Shown here piece after piece: positions 41,256 through 53,790 of a stretch of DNA of 64,000 nucleotides. The notes under the pieces were generated by a model, which was not told where the DNA came from, searched no databases, and saw only the letters and a list, made by a program, of their open reading frames with translations. The stretch is from Eledone cirrhosa (taxonomy: Eukaryota). Numbering within the stretch: position 1 is the stretch's first letter; each line of letters opens with the position of its first letter. The position numbers and the translations under genes are program-made. The stretch covers positions 48,980,001 to 49,044,000 of the forward strand of contig OZ024748.1 of NCBI GenBank assembly GCA_964016885.1, read 5' to 3'.

Positions 41256-42802
41256 CACTAGAGGAGTTGTCTTACTGGACTAAAGAGTCCTCTCCACCCA
41301 ATATCAGTTTTTATTTGGAGTGTCTTCAAGAGTAGCTTGGATTTATGTTGAGAATATTCTTTGCAGTAATTTTTTTATCTTATAGATGAGCCACATGAAT
41401 AGGATATCTGGATGGAATTGTGATGAATATTTTTATGTTGTGGTGGGAAATGTCTATAAAATCTAAAAACTTCTTCCCTACATTAGTCTTTACATTAAGG
41501 GAAAAAAAGTGTGTGTGTGTGTACAAACCAGATAACTCTTTTTCTGTTAACATTTTTAGTATGGTTGGGATGATTGGGTGTGCACATAATTTTGTCCTTA
41601 AAACCAGTGTTGGCAACCCTTCAAAAATCACATTATTGAAAGTAAACTTGCAGGATTTGAACTCAAAACGTAAAGGGACGTAATTATATATTACAAATCA
41701 TTTTGTCTGATGCACTACCAATACTGCTAATTCACTAATGCCAAAGTCAACTTCACCTTTTGTATTTCCGGGATCTTATCCCCACCTCCATCTCTAAAGG
41801 TGAAGCTTATTAATTTATTTATTTGCATCCCAGGCTAAGGCCACGCTGGGGAACTGGTCCAAAAATATTTGTATTAATAGAATTATGGCCCTTTACATTC
41901 TGAGTCCAAATCCCGCCGAGGTTAACTTTGCCTTTCATCCTTACAGGGTTGATAAAATAAAGTACCAGTCATGGACAGGGGTAATTACTGGCCTTGTGCT
42001 AAAAGTAGAAACAATTAATAACTATATTCTCATTAACTATGCATCTGGGATATTTAGACATGTAATCAAACAGAAATCGTTTTATCTTAAAAAAACAACA
42101 ACAATAAACTCTCAAATTCCTTTTTTTATTTTGTTTTTTTTTAATTTTTCTTTCCAGTTCAGTGGTCAAAGTCCATGACTCACGTATAGAAAGAGATGAC
42201 CAATGCAGGCAGGTGTTTTATTTTGCATCTAAGAATGGTATTTTTGTCTCTCCAGAGTGGTTTCAGTTTAGCAATTGCTGTGGCTGTTAGAGCACTCCTT
42301 ACAAGGACCTCTGGCTTTCATCTCTCTTGACTGATGATAGCACCAAGGAACTTGAACTACATCAGTCTCCAGCTCTTGACCACAAAAGAAAAAAATATAT
42401 CTTTAGTTCTTTAAACAGTTTCATTATTTAAATGTTATCGAAAATGTAAATATTTCCATTGTCTAAATGTAAAGATGAAATTAAAGCAAAAATATTTTCG
42501 TCCATCGAATATTTCAGTTAGGGAATCGAAAACGAAAGATTATGGAGTTGGACACCACTAGTAAATATAGATTAAAATATTGTCAAGCAGTTCGACCAAT
42601 TAGGCGACTCAGTATCCTATTCAAATTTAGTATTTTGATTATATCGCTTATATCCTTCCATACTTATCGCTCGTTAAATCTGAAGATTAGTATTCGTTTT
42701 CGTCGATTGTGCCTTTACTCACTATAACGAAGAAAACAGTTTTGTATTCTCTAATTATCAGTGTTTCATTAATATAAACTAAATTGTGTAGTATAATGTA
42801 TA

Positions 42803-42978
42803 ATTGTTTCTACTTTTGGCACAAGGCCAGCAATTACCCAGTACATTACTGGTTCTTTATTTTATCGACCCCGTAAGGATGAAAGGCAAAGTTAACCTCG
42901 GCGGGATTTGAACTCAGACCGTAAAGGGACGTAACTATGCTGGAAAGCATGGCGTCCGACTCTCTACTGATACTGCCA
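42803..42978 (-). mobile_element. Young SINE A copy upstream of PSMD7
   Basis: Reverse complement of the 37713-37900 element. Confidence 0.85.
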
Positions 42979-43054
42979 TGAAACAAATATGGATTACTAA
43001 TGTATTAGCGAAAATAAATAAAAAAATATTTTGAAGGGAGGCAATTCAATTTCT

Positions 43055-43125
43055 ACTTCCTTCACTACTTGTCAATACGCATGCGTATGACAATAACCGG
43101 AGTTTTTTTCTACCTTAGTCATGCC
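43055..43125. promoter_or_regulatory. Candidate PSMD7 core promoter with NRF1-like palindrome
   Basis: Perfect 14-bp palindrome ATACGCATGCGTAT (43075-43088), ETS-like ACTTCC and CCGGAG motifs, and local CpG retention about 300 bp upstream of the ATG. Confidence 0.5.
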
Positions 43126-43386
43126 TTGTGTGTTAAATTTAATCTCATTGTAAAATTACTTAGTTTCTAAGTTTTCTGGTGTTTTAGGGTATTTATTAAC
43201 AAGTTAACAAACAGGAATAATATTGTTTAAAAACACGGAAATCTGACACCTTTCTTTGGTTCATATCCAGAGGCGTCCCGTGCTATTTCCCCCTTCCTTT
43301 TCTTTTTCATTCCTCTATTTTAATTTTATTATTGTCATCAACCCGTTGTTTTATTGAGTTAATTAATATCAATATTACCTGCAACA

Positions 43387-43597
43387 ATGCCTTTGTCCGA
43401 GACGGATACCGTAAACAGAGCGGTGGTACAGAAAGTGGTGGTGCACCCTTTGGTCTTACTTAGTGTTGTTGATCATTTCAACAGAATGGATAAAATTGGA
43501 AAAATCAAAGATAAATCAGGAAATATTAAACGTGTATGTGGAGTGTTACTCGGATCAAATCGTCAGGGTGTTTTGGATGTTTCAAACAGTTTTGCAG
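43387..43597 (+). CDS. PSMD7: 26S proteasome non-ATPase regulatory subunit 7 (Rpn8), coding exon 1
   Basis: [33 protein letters not shown]...GVLLGS...LDVSNSFA is the MPN domain N-terminus. Donor g|gtaaaa, phase 1. Confidence 0.96.
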
Positions 43598-43699
43598 GTA
43601 AAATAAACATTTAAAAAAATAATATTTCATTTCCTAATTTATTATTATTGTGTTTATTTCGTTTAGCTCAGTTCTGTTTGTCTGTTGCCGGGTTTAGGC

Positions 43700-43981
43700 C
43701 TTGAACCTAGGGCCATAGATGTTTTCATTGAAGAGAGAGAGAAGAGCTCGTCTGAGAATGTGTGCTGTTACCTAGTAGCCCGATCTTATTATTAGGGTGA
43801 CCGTGGCTTTTGTGGGTATTCTCCACCAGTAACCCTTATAGTTTCCTCACCATTGGAGAATTTGTTGTTTGTTTATTTTCTTAATCTGTTATAAATTTTA
43901 TTTTACACAAAAATAAAACCCCCACACTGTGTCGTCCTGTACCGTCTTTAATGTGAGCCTTGTGTGATTAATAAAGAAATC
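43700..43981 (+). mobile_element. LINE 3' UTR fragment, same family as 931-1170
   Basis: agggtgaccgtgg...gtaacc...ggagaatttgtt...ttaataaagaaatc shared in inverse orientation. Confidence 0.55.
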
Positions 43982-44652
43982 ATTTGGATTGGTAGTATCG
44001 GTAGAGCGCCGGACAACATGCTCTTCAGCATAGAGTTACAGCCTTTTATGTTCTGAGTTCAAATCCCGTCAAGGTTAGCTTTGCCTTCCATCCTTACGGG
44101 GTCGATAAAATAAAGTACCAGTAATACACTGGCGTTGATTTAATCGACTTTCCCCATTCCCTAAATTACTAGCCGTGTGCCTATAATAGAAATCATTGCC
44201 GAGGTTAACTTTGCCTTTCATCCTTACAATTATTTTGTTTTTTTTCTTGATTACCACTTCAGATTGCTAGGTTTTCTGAGAAGTGGTGCTTCTAAGCTTG
44301 GAGTAGGGGTTAATTTAATCCTTTCAGTACCATATTTTTAATGAAAGACACTACTTATTATTTTTAAAATAATCATGAATTTAGAATGATTTAGTTATAT
44401 AACTTTCTAGTTATTAAGTTTGGAGTATGACTTGACATAGGTTTTACATAGAATTGTAAATTGATGGAAGGTTTTTAGATAAATATAAACACTTTAAAAC
44501 AGTTTTATATTGTAGAACAAAAGCAGTTTCCACAAAAATAACCCATAACTCCTTGTGTATTTATTTATCCTATTAAATTTGGACAATTTGAAAGTTCTTT
44601 GTTCCACCTCGTTGGCTCAATCTCTCTTAATATATAATAGGTACAGCAAGTA

Positions 44653-44699
<47 letters not shown>

Positions 44700-46022
44700 C
44701 ACACACATTGTTGTAAGTAGCAGTAGAAATCGAGGTATTTGTCGATTGTTTGCTGGGTTCAACACACTTCCTCATTTGTAAATATCGTTTGGGTGGGGGT
44801 TGACAGAATAGTTTTAAGTGATTTCAAGGTAGTTGGCAGTCCTTTTCTTTTAACGAGCACAAATTCGCTTCGTCCAACCAATGGTCTGGCTCTTTAGGTT
44901 CTGATTTCAAATCCCATCGAGGTCAACTTTACCTTTCATTTTTCCAGGGTCGATAAAATGTAACACCAATCAACCCCTCCCCCGAAATGTGTGGCCTTGC
45001 GCCTGTCTGTGTGTTCCTATATAGGTTGAAGTTTGTCTAAACAATGCCTGCCTCTGAAACCATTGAAATTAACTCATTGTTTTGAACTAATAAAATTCTG
45101 ATTAAAATTTCTTTCTCAGGAATACACGAGAAGCTAATAACAGTTTAAATGAACAGAATGAAATGATTTTTTTCTTAGCTATATTCTTCAATTGAGTCAA
45201 TGACTGAAAACTTCGTTAGAGCTTGTTGGTTATAGGAAGGGCATGCAGCTGTAGTAATCTTGCCAAAAATAGTTGAGAGGACTCTTCAGTCTATTATGGG
45301 CACAACAACCTGTCTAGTGTTGGTGACACAATAAAACATCCAGTACACCCTGTAAAGTGGTTGGTGATAGGAAAGGCATCCATCCATAAAAAAAGTTGCC
45401 AAACAGAGGGTAGAACAGATTCTTCTGTTATGTCAAAGTGCTGGTGCCATGATGGTACAGCATTTCTTACTCTGTAGAGTGTAGTAACATATGTGAGTGA
45501 GGGGGATCCCGGCTCATCTGAGAAATCATGTTACAATCTGTACAACACTTGCTAACAGGGAAAACGGACTTTAAAAGATAACCTATGATAACTATGCCAC
45601 TACTAATCATCATCCACGCCAGGTAGGCTTATGGCCCATCAGTCCAGAGGTTCCTCTGTGGTCGCCATTGTTGATCCTCTTCCCTCTGCTCCATTCCTTT
45701 CTTGATGTTCTATAGCTATCTTTTTCGTGGATGTCCTACCTGTCTTTTTGTAGTCAGCTGCCAGTTGAAGCAGCTCTTAGGACTCTTTTATCTTCCATAT
45801 TCTGGATGTGACCATACCATCGGAGTTGAGCTTCCTTGTTGACTCTGAGGACACTCTTCATACCCAGCTCCTACCCCATGGCACCAACACTGGGCACATG
45901 TCAATTACATTGACACCAATACTTATTTTCTAATTGGGAGGATCAATGTCAATGTCAATGTAGAGCTGGGTGGGATTTCAATCCAAAACAGGTATTTTTG
46001 TTCAAATTCTTATGAAATGTGA

Positions 46023-46238
<216 letters not shown>

Positions 46239-46494
46239 TGACGCATAGAGTTACGGCCCTTGCCATTCTGAGTTCAAGTCCCACCAAGGTTGACTTTTCT
46301 ATTTTCCTTGCTCCCTTGTACTGTTTTGAATTGTATTATTCCAGTTACATTTTTCTGCATGTTTATTTTCATACTTTGCTTCTGTTCCAAACCATTGTAA
46401 TTTATGTACCTTTTCTTTTGCTTGCTCCTTATTCTACGGCTCCTCGCTACAATGACCTTACGGTTATTATCAACTATCGACTGTAGGGGAGCCT

Positions 46495-46787
46495 TGTAGC
46501 AACTAGCGCCACCTTGCCCAGGGAGAAAAAACTAATTGGAGTTACTTACCGTTGAATTCTAGAAGATTCCTTGAACTTCGGTCTAGGGATTATAAAGGAG
46601 GGAGAAAAGAGACATCTTAGCTTATTTGGCAACCGGCTCTTGGACAGTTCACTCACGAGCGAGTTTGTTAACCTTATTATATCTGTATCGAATTAAATTA
46701 GTGGTTGGCCTGCAGTGGCGTTTACCAAAGTAAATAACCCTGTGACCAATTCACTAAATAAGGAATGGTGACCCTGTTCTAAATACA
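46495..46787 (+). mobile_element. Putative LTR (3' LTR remnant)
   Basis: TGTA...TACA termini, purine run aggggag just upstream (PPT-like), internal TATAAA and ATTAAA. No TSD. Confidence 0.5.
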
Positions 46788-46789
46788 AA

Positions 46790-47250
46790 TGGAGAAGCCT
46801 TACTAGACTTCCATTCTAGTAATGGGCTCTCTATTATGAACACCTTCCAGCACAGAGACATCCATAAATCTAGAGAGATCAATAATTGATTTTGTTATTG
46901 TCTCTGATCTCTTTGATTCTGTGCTGGATGTTTGTGTTAAGATAGGGGCTGAGTTGTCAACTGATCACCATATAACTATCTGCAACTTGAGACTAACTAA
47001 AGCAAAAGAAGCCCACAAAACTGGCAGGTCCAGAGCAACCTACAGGATAAAGTGGGAATCATTGGTGGATAAGTGAGTCAGGGTCAGGTATACAGATACT
47101 ATTGCATCAAAATTCAGAGAACTCTCTGAGGACATTGAGACAGAGTGGAGATTGTTCGGCGCAGCAGTTTCTGCTTCAGTTGTTAAATGCTGCGGGCAAA
47201 AGAGGCTTGGTGTGGCACCGGGTGACAGGAAGACCCCTTGCTTCCATGGG
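46790..47250 (+). mobile_element. RTE endonuclease fragment
   Basis: NGLSIMNTFQH...DFVIVS...GAELSTDHH motif. Confidence 0.7.
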
Positions 47251-47254
47251 TATG

Positions 47255-47697
47255 TATGGGAAGTTCCGACGTCTGGCAACTGACTTGGTAAACACCCACA
47301 AATTTATTCACCATTTTGCCAACAACAGCCCTGAGCACCTTTTCGAATTCCATGTGTCTAACATCCGTGGGCATGCCTACTAAGTCAGAAAACATTAAAT
47401 AAAATATAGGCAGTGACTTTTGGAAACATTTTTTCATGCTCAGAGTTGCTGAGGCATGGAACAAACTACCTGCATCAGTTGTTAGCTGTCAGGACACTGC
47501 ATCCTTCAAAATGTCCAAGCTTCCTGAAATTCGTCAACACTACACCTGATATTCCCCCTCCATACACATGCACGCATGTGTCTATGTTTATATCATGACT
47601 CTTACATTGTTCACTTTCCTGACATTTGTACATTATTCTATGTACTATAAATGCACCTTTGATGAGTTGTAGTGCACCTGAACACTGTACACAATTT

Positions 47698-47720
<23 letters not shown>
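47255..47720 (+). mobile_element. CR1-clade LINE 3' end
   Basis: DLVNTHKFIH...RGHAY...FF.LRVAEAWNKLPASVVS...SFK, then an (ATT)n tail. Confidence 0.8.
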
Positions 47721-47729
<9 letters not shown>

Positions 47730-47973
47730 TTACATACAGCTTGTACCTGTCATTTCCTTCATCAGCTGTTGACTGGAGATCTCTGATTTTGCCACTTACC
47801 GACACTATTGCTTCCCCTAGCAGTGCCAAGCTGCGTTGATTTGACCTGGGAATATTCAGGTTTTATGGTCTTATGTAGCATGATTTCCCTTATCCATGGC
47901 ACTATCACCAAGATCATGATACTGTTATAAATGCTCACAACATTCAGGCGTTCTGGTGATTGGTCTTTCGCTT

Positions 47974-48151
47974 AACGTATAGACTCGAATATAAGTCAAG
48001 GAATATGTGACCAAAAATAGGAGGTTGACTTATATACAGCATCCAAATAATGTATTGATTAGCTGCCTCAGCTTACAAATGGGGTTTGGATTTTTGCTCA
48101 TTTCTAAGGCATAAAATAGTGGGGAGGGCTTATATTTGAATATATACAGTA
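47974..48151. mobile_element. Tc1/pogo-like MITE
   Basis: TIR-like ends cgtatagactcgaatataag / cttatatttgaatatatacagta. Confidence 0.55.
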
Positions 48152-48457
48152 AATACTTTTTCCATATCTATATTGAAGCTTTATCTGCCTCCCTCTCCTA
48201 TTCTTGTATCGCCTCTTTCCTCTCTCCTTTCCAATGCCAGTCATGTAGGACATGGTGGATTTAGCCTCCAATCCATGACATCCCACTTCAACTGGAAGCA
48301 ATATAAACTCACATTTTCAGCCATCACTCATCTCTTTTTTTAGTTGTTCATTGTAATATCTTATGTACTTCCTTTCGTGAGGCCTTTTGTTGAATGTTAA
48401 AGCAGAATCACACACATGTATGAGTGAAACTTATGACTTTCTTGTTTGTTTTTACAG

Positions 48458-48555
48458 CCAGAGAGAAGGTTGTTGGTTGGTACCATACTGGCCCAAAACT
48501 GCAGCAGAATGATGTGTCTATTAATGAACTTATGAGGAAATACTGTGCAAACTCT
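48458..48555 (+). CDS. PSMD7: PSMD7 coding exon 3
   Basis: tttacag| ... |gtaagt; (A)[32 protein letters not shown]. Confidence 0.97.
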
Positions 48556-49087
48556 GTAAGTTTTCTTCACAGTTTTTTTAAATGTAATTAATTGAATAGA
48601 AGATGAAATGCAGGAATGTCAAGGAAGATGAAATGTTTGTATGAATCTATAACTCCTGGTAGAGTAGTACAGCATTTCTTGAGCATTTTTGTTTAAACCT
48701 GGTGAAGCCCAACCCCTCTCTCCAGATCTGAATAGGACCAATTTCTTCAAAAGTAAGGAGAGCAATAGAGAGGAAGAATTGATTGCCTGTACTGGATTGT
48801 TACTTTTTTATTGATCTCAGAAGTATGAAAGACAAAGTTGACCTCATCCGGATTTGAACTCAAGCAGAGAACTGGAATGATTACTGCAAAACATTAAATC
48901 CGACATTCTAACAACTGCTAATTTTTCGCTTTATGAAGAAGAAATAAAAGTCACAATATTATTACTGTATATATTACTGAACAGAGCCATAAGTGGCGTT
49001 GTATCAGAGATCTCTAGTTCACAGCTGATGAAGAGAATGTCCTACAGTGCAAGCTGGACATAGAATCATTCTATTCATTTCATCATT

Positions 49088-49466
49088 TCATTTTACGTCC
49101 GCTTTTCCCTGCTTGCAAGGGTGGGACGGGAACTGATTCTGGCTTGATTTCTACAGCTGGGTGCCCTTCCTAACACCAACCTCATTTACAGTGAGTGCTG
49201 GGTGCTTTTTTGCCGTGGCGCCTACACGTCCACTTTACAGTGTGGGCTGGGTGCTTTTTTTGCCGTGGCACCTACACAACCATTTTGCAGTGGAATGATA
49301 GGGACCCCAGTCCCTATCATCTCATTTCTACAGCTGAGTAAACTGGAGCAATGTGAAATAAAGTGTCTTGCTCAAGGATACAACACATCATCCGGTCTGA
49401 GAATTGAACTCACAACCTTTCGATTGCAAGGCCAATGCTCTAACCACTAAGCCATGTGCCTCCACT
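49088..49466 (-). mobile_element. SINE family B copy
   Basis: Near-identical reverse complement of 14077-14402, with a small internal duplication. Confidence 0.85.
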
Positions 49467-50672
49467 ATATATATATATAGTTATATATGAGCAAGCCATG
49501 GTCACCTGACTTGAACTATCTCAATGTGACTTTTCTTGGCCTGGCTGAACGGTTAAAGGTGATGGATCAGTAATAGTAATAAAATAATCTTTAATGAGTT
49601 CAAGGGCCAGCACGAAAGAATTGTTGTTTGTGTAGTGTAAGCTAGACACAGATTCCTGGCCTGCTTGGGAGATCAGTGGCACCGCTTTAGTACTGACATG
49701 GTCTATGTAGACCTGTCCGACCCTTGCTAGCAAGGAATGTGGACATTAAAACGATGACAATGATGATGTGTGTCAAATAAAAATCAGCCCCCATTTTTCA
49801 TATCCTGTTCTTGACTATATTGCTAACAAAATACATTGCCTATATTTTATTTAACTTTTTAACAATAATCTAAACTATAATAAAGTAAGGAGTGCGAGAC
49901 TGCGTCCAGAATATATTTTTTTTTATCCCATTAGTAAAATAAGTTGGATTACTTTGAATAAATAATGAATGAATATTACATAATTTATCTACTAAATTTC
50001 GTTATTCTTCATTAAATATAAATAATTTTGTTGCTTATTTTAAGATTCACTTCTTTAAAATTTTCAAATGTCAACACTTCCGGTTAGCGATCGCTTAAAT
50101 AACATTCATATATTTCCATCACTAATTTTCTCCTAATGCAGTTTATATATAATATCGTCTCTTTTTAATGTATCATGGATTACGTTACTGATTACATAAG
50201 ACAGTGTAACGCAGTCTTCGTTCAATTTTTGTGTATATTGTCAATTACGATGTTATTTGATGTATTATATCTACATGTATATATACTTGCGTATAATATC
50301 AATATGCACACTACACATGCCAGCAGAAAACCACACGAAGGGTGGTTTTTCTGTTAGTCAGAAATAACTATTATAACATCATCATATCTATTATTAATAA
50401 AAGGTTCTGGCATAATGTTATCATGGAAGGTTGTAACTTAAATATGAACACTTCAAAATAGGCAAGTTTTGTAACATAGATCTAGAGCTATTATTAAAAG
50501 GGCTCTCCCCCCAAATTATTGGCCTTGTGCTTAAATCAGAAACCATTGTGTTCACTTCCTGTCACTACTAAATGTTCACCTCTGTTCACTTCCTGTCACT
50601 ACTAAATGTTCACCTCTGTTCAATTTCTGTCACTACTAAATGTTTACTAAGAATTTCAACTTTTTTTCACAG

Positions 50673-50753
50673 GTCCTTGTTGTTATCGATGCCAAACCTA
50701 AAGATCTTGGATTACCTACTGAAGCTTACATTGCCGTTGAAGAAGTTCATGAT
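50673..50753 (+). CDS. PSMD7: PSMD7 coding exon 4
   Basis: ttcacag| ... |gtcagt; [27 protein letters not shown]. Confidence 0.97.
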
Positions 50754-50809
50754 GTCAGTATTTGTTTTATTTATATTTCAGTAGGACTCTTGTTATCATT
50801 CTCACTTAA

Positions 50810-51026
50810 CCCTTTAGCATTCACATTACTCTATATATACTATTGTTTTCACGGTAAAGGATTTACCTCATAATTATCTCTCATAATATTGAATCTATGA
50901 GATTTTGATATTATTTATTTTGTGAACAATACCTTAACATAACTATGAGTGGCCAGTTACAGTTAGTTTGAACAGAAAGAGGTGAGAGAATTCTGGCCGC
51001 ATATGGCTGGTTTAAATGCTAAAGGG
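50810..51026. mobile_element. piggyBac-type MITE
   Basis: TTAA|CCCTTTAGCATT...AATGCTAAAGGG|TTAA. Confidence 0.8.
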
Positions 51027-52043
51027 TTAACACTTCATCATCATCATCCTTTCCATATTGGCATGGGTTGGGTGGGACTTTTTGAGCTAATGTTTTATGG
51101 CTTGATGATCTTCCTGACAAAATTTTTTAGTCACTTCTTAAGACATACAGGGATTTAAACCAGTTAACCCTGAAAGCATGAAAAAAAAAACAATGAACAG
51201 CTAATTAATAATAATTATTGATGCTTCAAATATTGTGTTTTTTGTGAGAAGAAAATGATAAAATTAAAGTCTCAGTCAAACCTTTACAATTCTTTGTATT
51301 TAAACATTATTGCTTCCTTGAGCAAGTTACTTTATTTCATGTTGCTCCAATTCATTCAACTGAAGAAATGAGTTGCAACATCACTGGTACCAAGCTGTAT
51401 CGGCCTTTGCCTTTTCTTTGGTGGCATGATTGGGTGACTACTGGTCTTCCACAAACGACCTTGCCAAGACTTGTACCTCAGAGAGAGCTTTCTAGATGCA
51501 AAGCCCATGGTCATTTGCAACTGAAGTGGGGTTTTACAGTATTAGATCCAAGTAATATCTGACACAGGCTGTGTGCATGGGTTTTCCATTTTCTTGTACT
51601 TGCATTGTTTAGGATATAAGCCATTGTTTACGTCTACAACTACGTCCCATTCCTAGAAGTAAAATCATGTATTCTGGGCAAGCAGCGTGATGTACCTTGT
51701 TCCAAGGAGCATTGCAATGGGTCTTTTAATAACATTTGAACTTATCACTTTGTAGCCAATAGTCAAGAACCTCAAAACTGTTGTTTGTATGTGTGAGTAC
51801 TTTAGGTTTTAGTTTGTGTTGGCCATCATAGTTAAGGATATGCTAGTCCTGCTTTCATGTATGTGTTTGTGTATTAGTTGGGAAGGAGCTAAATATAAAA
51901 ATAGTGTAGTGTGTTTAAAAATGTTTACTATATAATTGTGAATGAAAATAATGTATTGCCCTGTATCAGATAATATTTCTATTGGAAACTAGTGAAACAT
52001 TTGATAAATACGGCGTTGTCATAGCAGTTGATATCTTTCCTAG

Positions 52044-52135
52044 GATGGTACCCCTACTACCAAAACCTTTGAACATGTCAGTAGTGAAATTGGAGCAGAA
52101 GAAGCTGAAGAAGTTGGTGTGGAACATTTACTCAG
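52044..52135 (+). CDS. PSMD7: PSMD7 coding exon 5
   Basis: ttcctag| ... |gtattt; [30 protein letters not shown](R). Confidence 0.97.
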
Positions 52136-52179
52136 GTATTTATTAGAAGCATTTGTTTTGTTTTTTTAATCTTTTTATG

Positions 52180-53560
52180 ATTTCAGTCCCTAGATTACAT
52201 CTGTGTAAGGGACACCTTTTTAGTGGTTTCAGTCCCTAGACTACATCTGTGTAAGGGACACCTTTTTAGTGGTTTCAGTCCCTAGACTACATCTGTGTAA
52301 GGGACACCTTTTTAGTGGTTTCAGTCCCTAGACTACATCTGTGTAAGGGACACCTTTTTAATGGTTTCAGTCCCTAGACTACATCTGTGTAAGGGACACC
52401 TTTTTAGTGGTTTCAGTCCCTAGACTACAGTTGTGTAAGGGACACCTTTTTAATGGTTTCAGTCCCTAGACTACAGTTGTGTAAGGGACACCTTTTTAAT
52501 GGTTTCAGTCCCTAGACTACAGTTGTGTAAGGGACACCTTTTTAATGGTTTCAGTCCCTAGACTACAGTTGTGTAAGGGACACCTTTTTAATGGTTTCAG
52601 TCCCTAGACTACAGTTGTGTAAGGGACACCTTTTTAATGGTTTCAGTCCCTAGACTACATCTGTGTAAGGGACACCTTTTTAATGGTTTCAGTCCCTAGA
52701 CTACATCTGTGTAAGGGACACCTTTTTAGTGGTTTCAGTCCCTAGACTACATCTGTGTAAGGGACACCTTTTTAATGGTTTCAGTCCCTAGACTACATCT
52801 GTGTAAGGGACACCTTTTTAGTGGTTTCAGTCCCTAGACTACATCTGTGTAAGGGACACCTTTTTAGTGGTTTCAGTCCCTAGACTACATCTGTGTAAGG
52901 GACACCTTTTTAATGGTTTCAGTCCCTAGACTACATCTGTGTAAGGGACACCTTTTTAATGGTTTCAGTCCCTAGACTACATCTGTGTAAGGGACACCTT
53001 TTTAGTGGTTTCAGTCCCTAGACTACATCTGTGTAAGGGACACCTTTTTAATGGTTTCAGTCTCTAGACTACATCTGTGTAAGGGACACCTTTTTAGTGG
53101 TTTCAGTCCCTAGACTACATCTGTGTAAGGGACACCTTTTTAGTGGTTTCAGTCTCTAGACTACATCTGTCTAAGGGACACCTTTTTAATGGTTTCAGTC
53201 CCTAGACTACATCTGTGTAAGGGACACCTTTTTAATGGTTTCAGTCTCTAGACTACATCTGTGTAAGGGACACCTTTTTAGTGGTTTCAGTCCCTAGACT
53301 ACATCTGTGTAAGGGACACATTTTTAGTGGTTTCAGTCTCTAGACTACATCTGTGTAAGGGACACCTTTTTAATGGTTTCAGTCCCTAGACTACACCTGT
53401 GTAAGGGACACCTTTTTAATGGTTTCAGTCCCTAGACTACACCTGTGTAAGGGACACCTTTTTAATGGTTTCAGTCCCTAGACTACATCTGTGTAAGGGA
53501 CACCTTTTTAGTGGTTTCAGTCCCTAGACTACACCTGTGTAAAGGACACAACTTTTAAGG
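52180..53560. repeat. 46-bp minisatellite, about 30 copies, PSMD7 intron 5
   Basis: Unit ggtttcagtccctagactacatctgtgtaagggacacctttttagt. Confidence 0.96.
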
Positions 53561-53589
53561 GTACATTTGCTGGTACTTATTTGTCTTTG

Positions 53590-53790
53590 TTACAACTGTG
53601 CAGAGACCCAAAAGTGAAATGCCAACTCAGACGATGACCACAAACCTGTCAACCAACGATGGGAGTGAATTCATGTTGACTTTGCCAGACCCATTGAAGC
53701 TATCAGTTATCTGATTACAATTGATTCCTTCTCAAAGTGGCCGGAAGTCTATCCCATATGATAAGCCAGGTTTCCCTGCACTATACATTG
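53590..53790 (+). mobile_element. Gypsy integrase fragment
   Basis: W..IHVDFARP...YLITIDSFSKWPEV motif. Confidence 0.75.

Noticed and set aside
49020-49075. CTGATGAAGAG plus atgtcc/ggacat hairpin as a hammerhead
   Set aside because: No GAAA, stem III or cleavage triplet; interrupted by a SINE.
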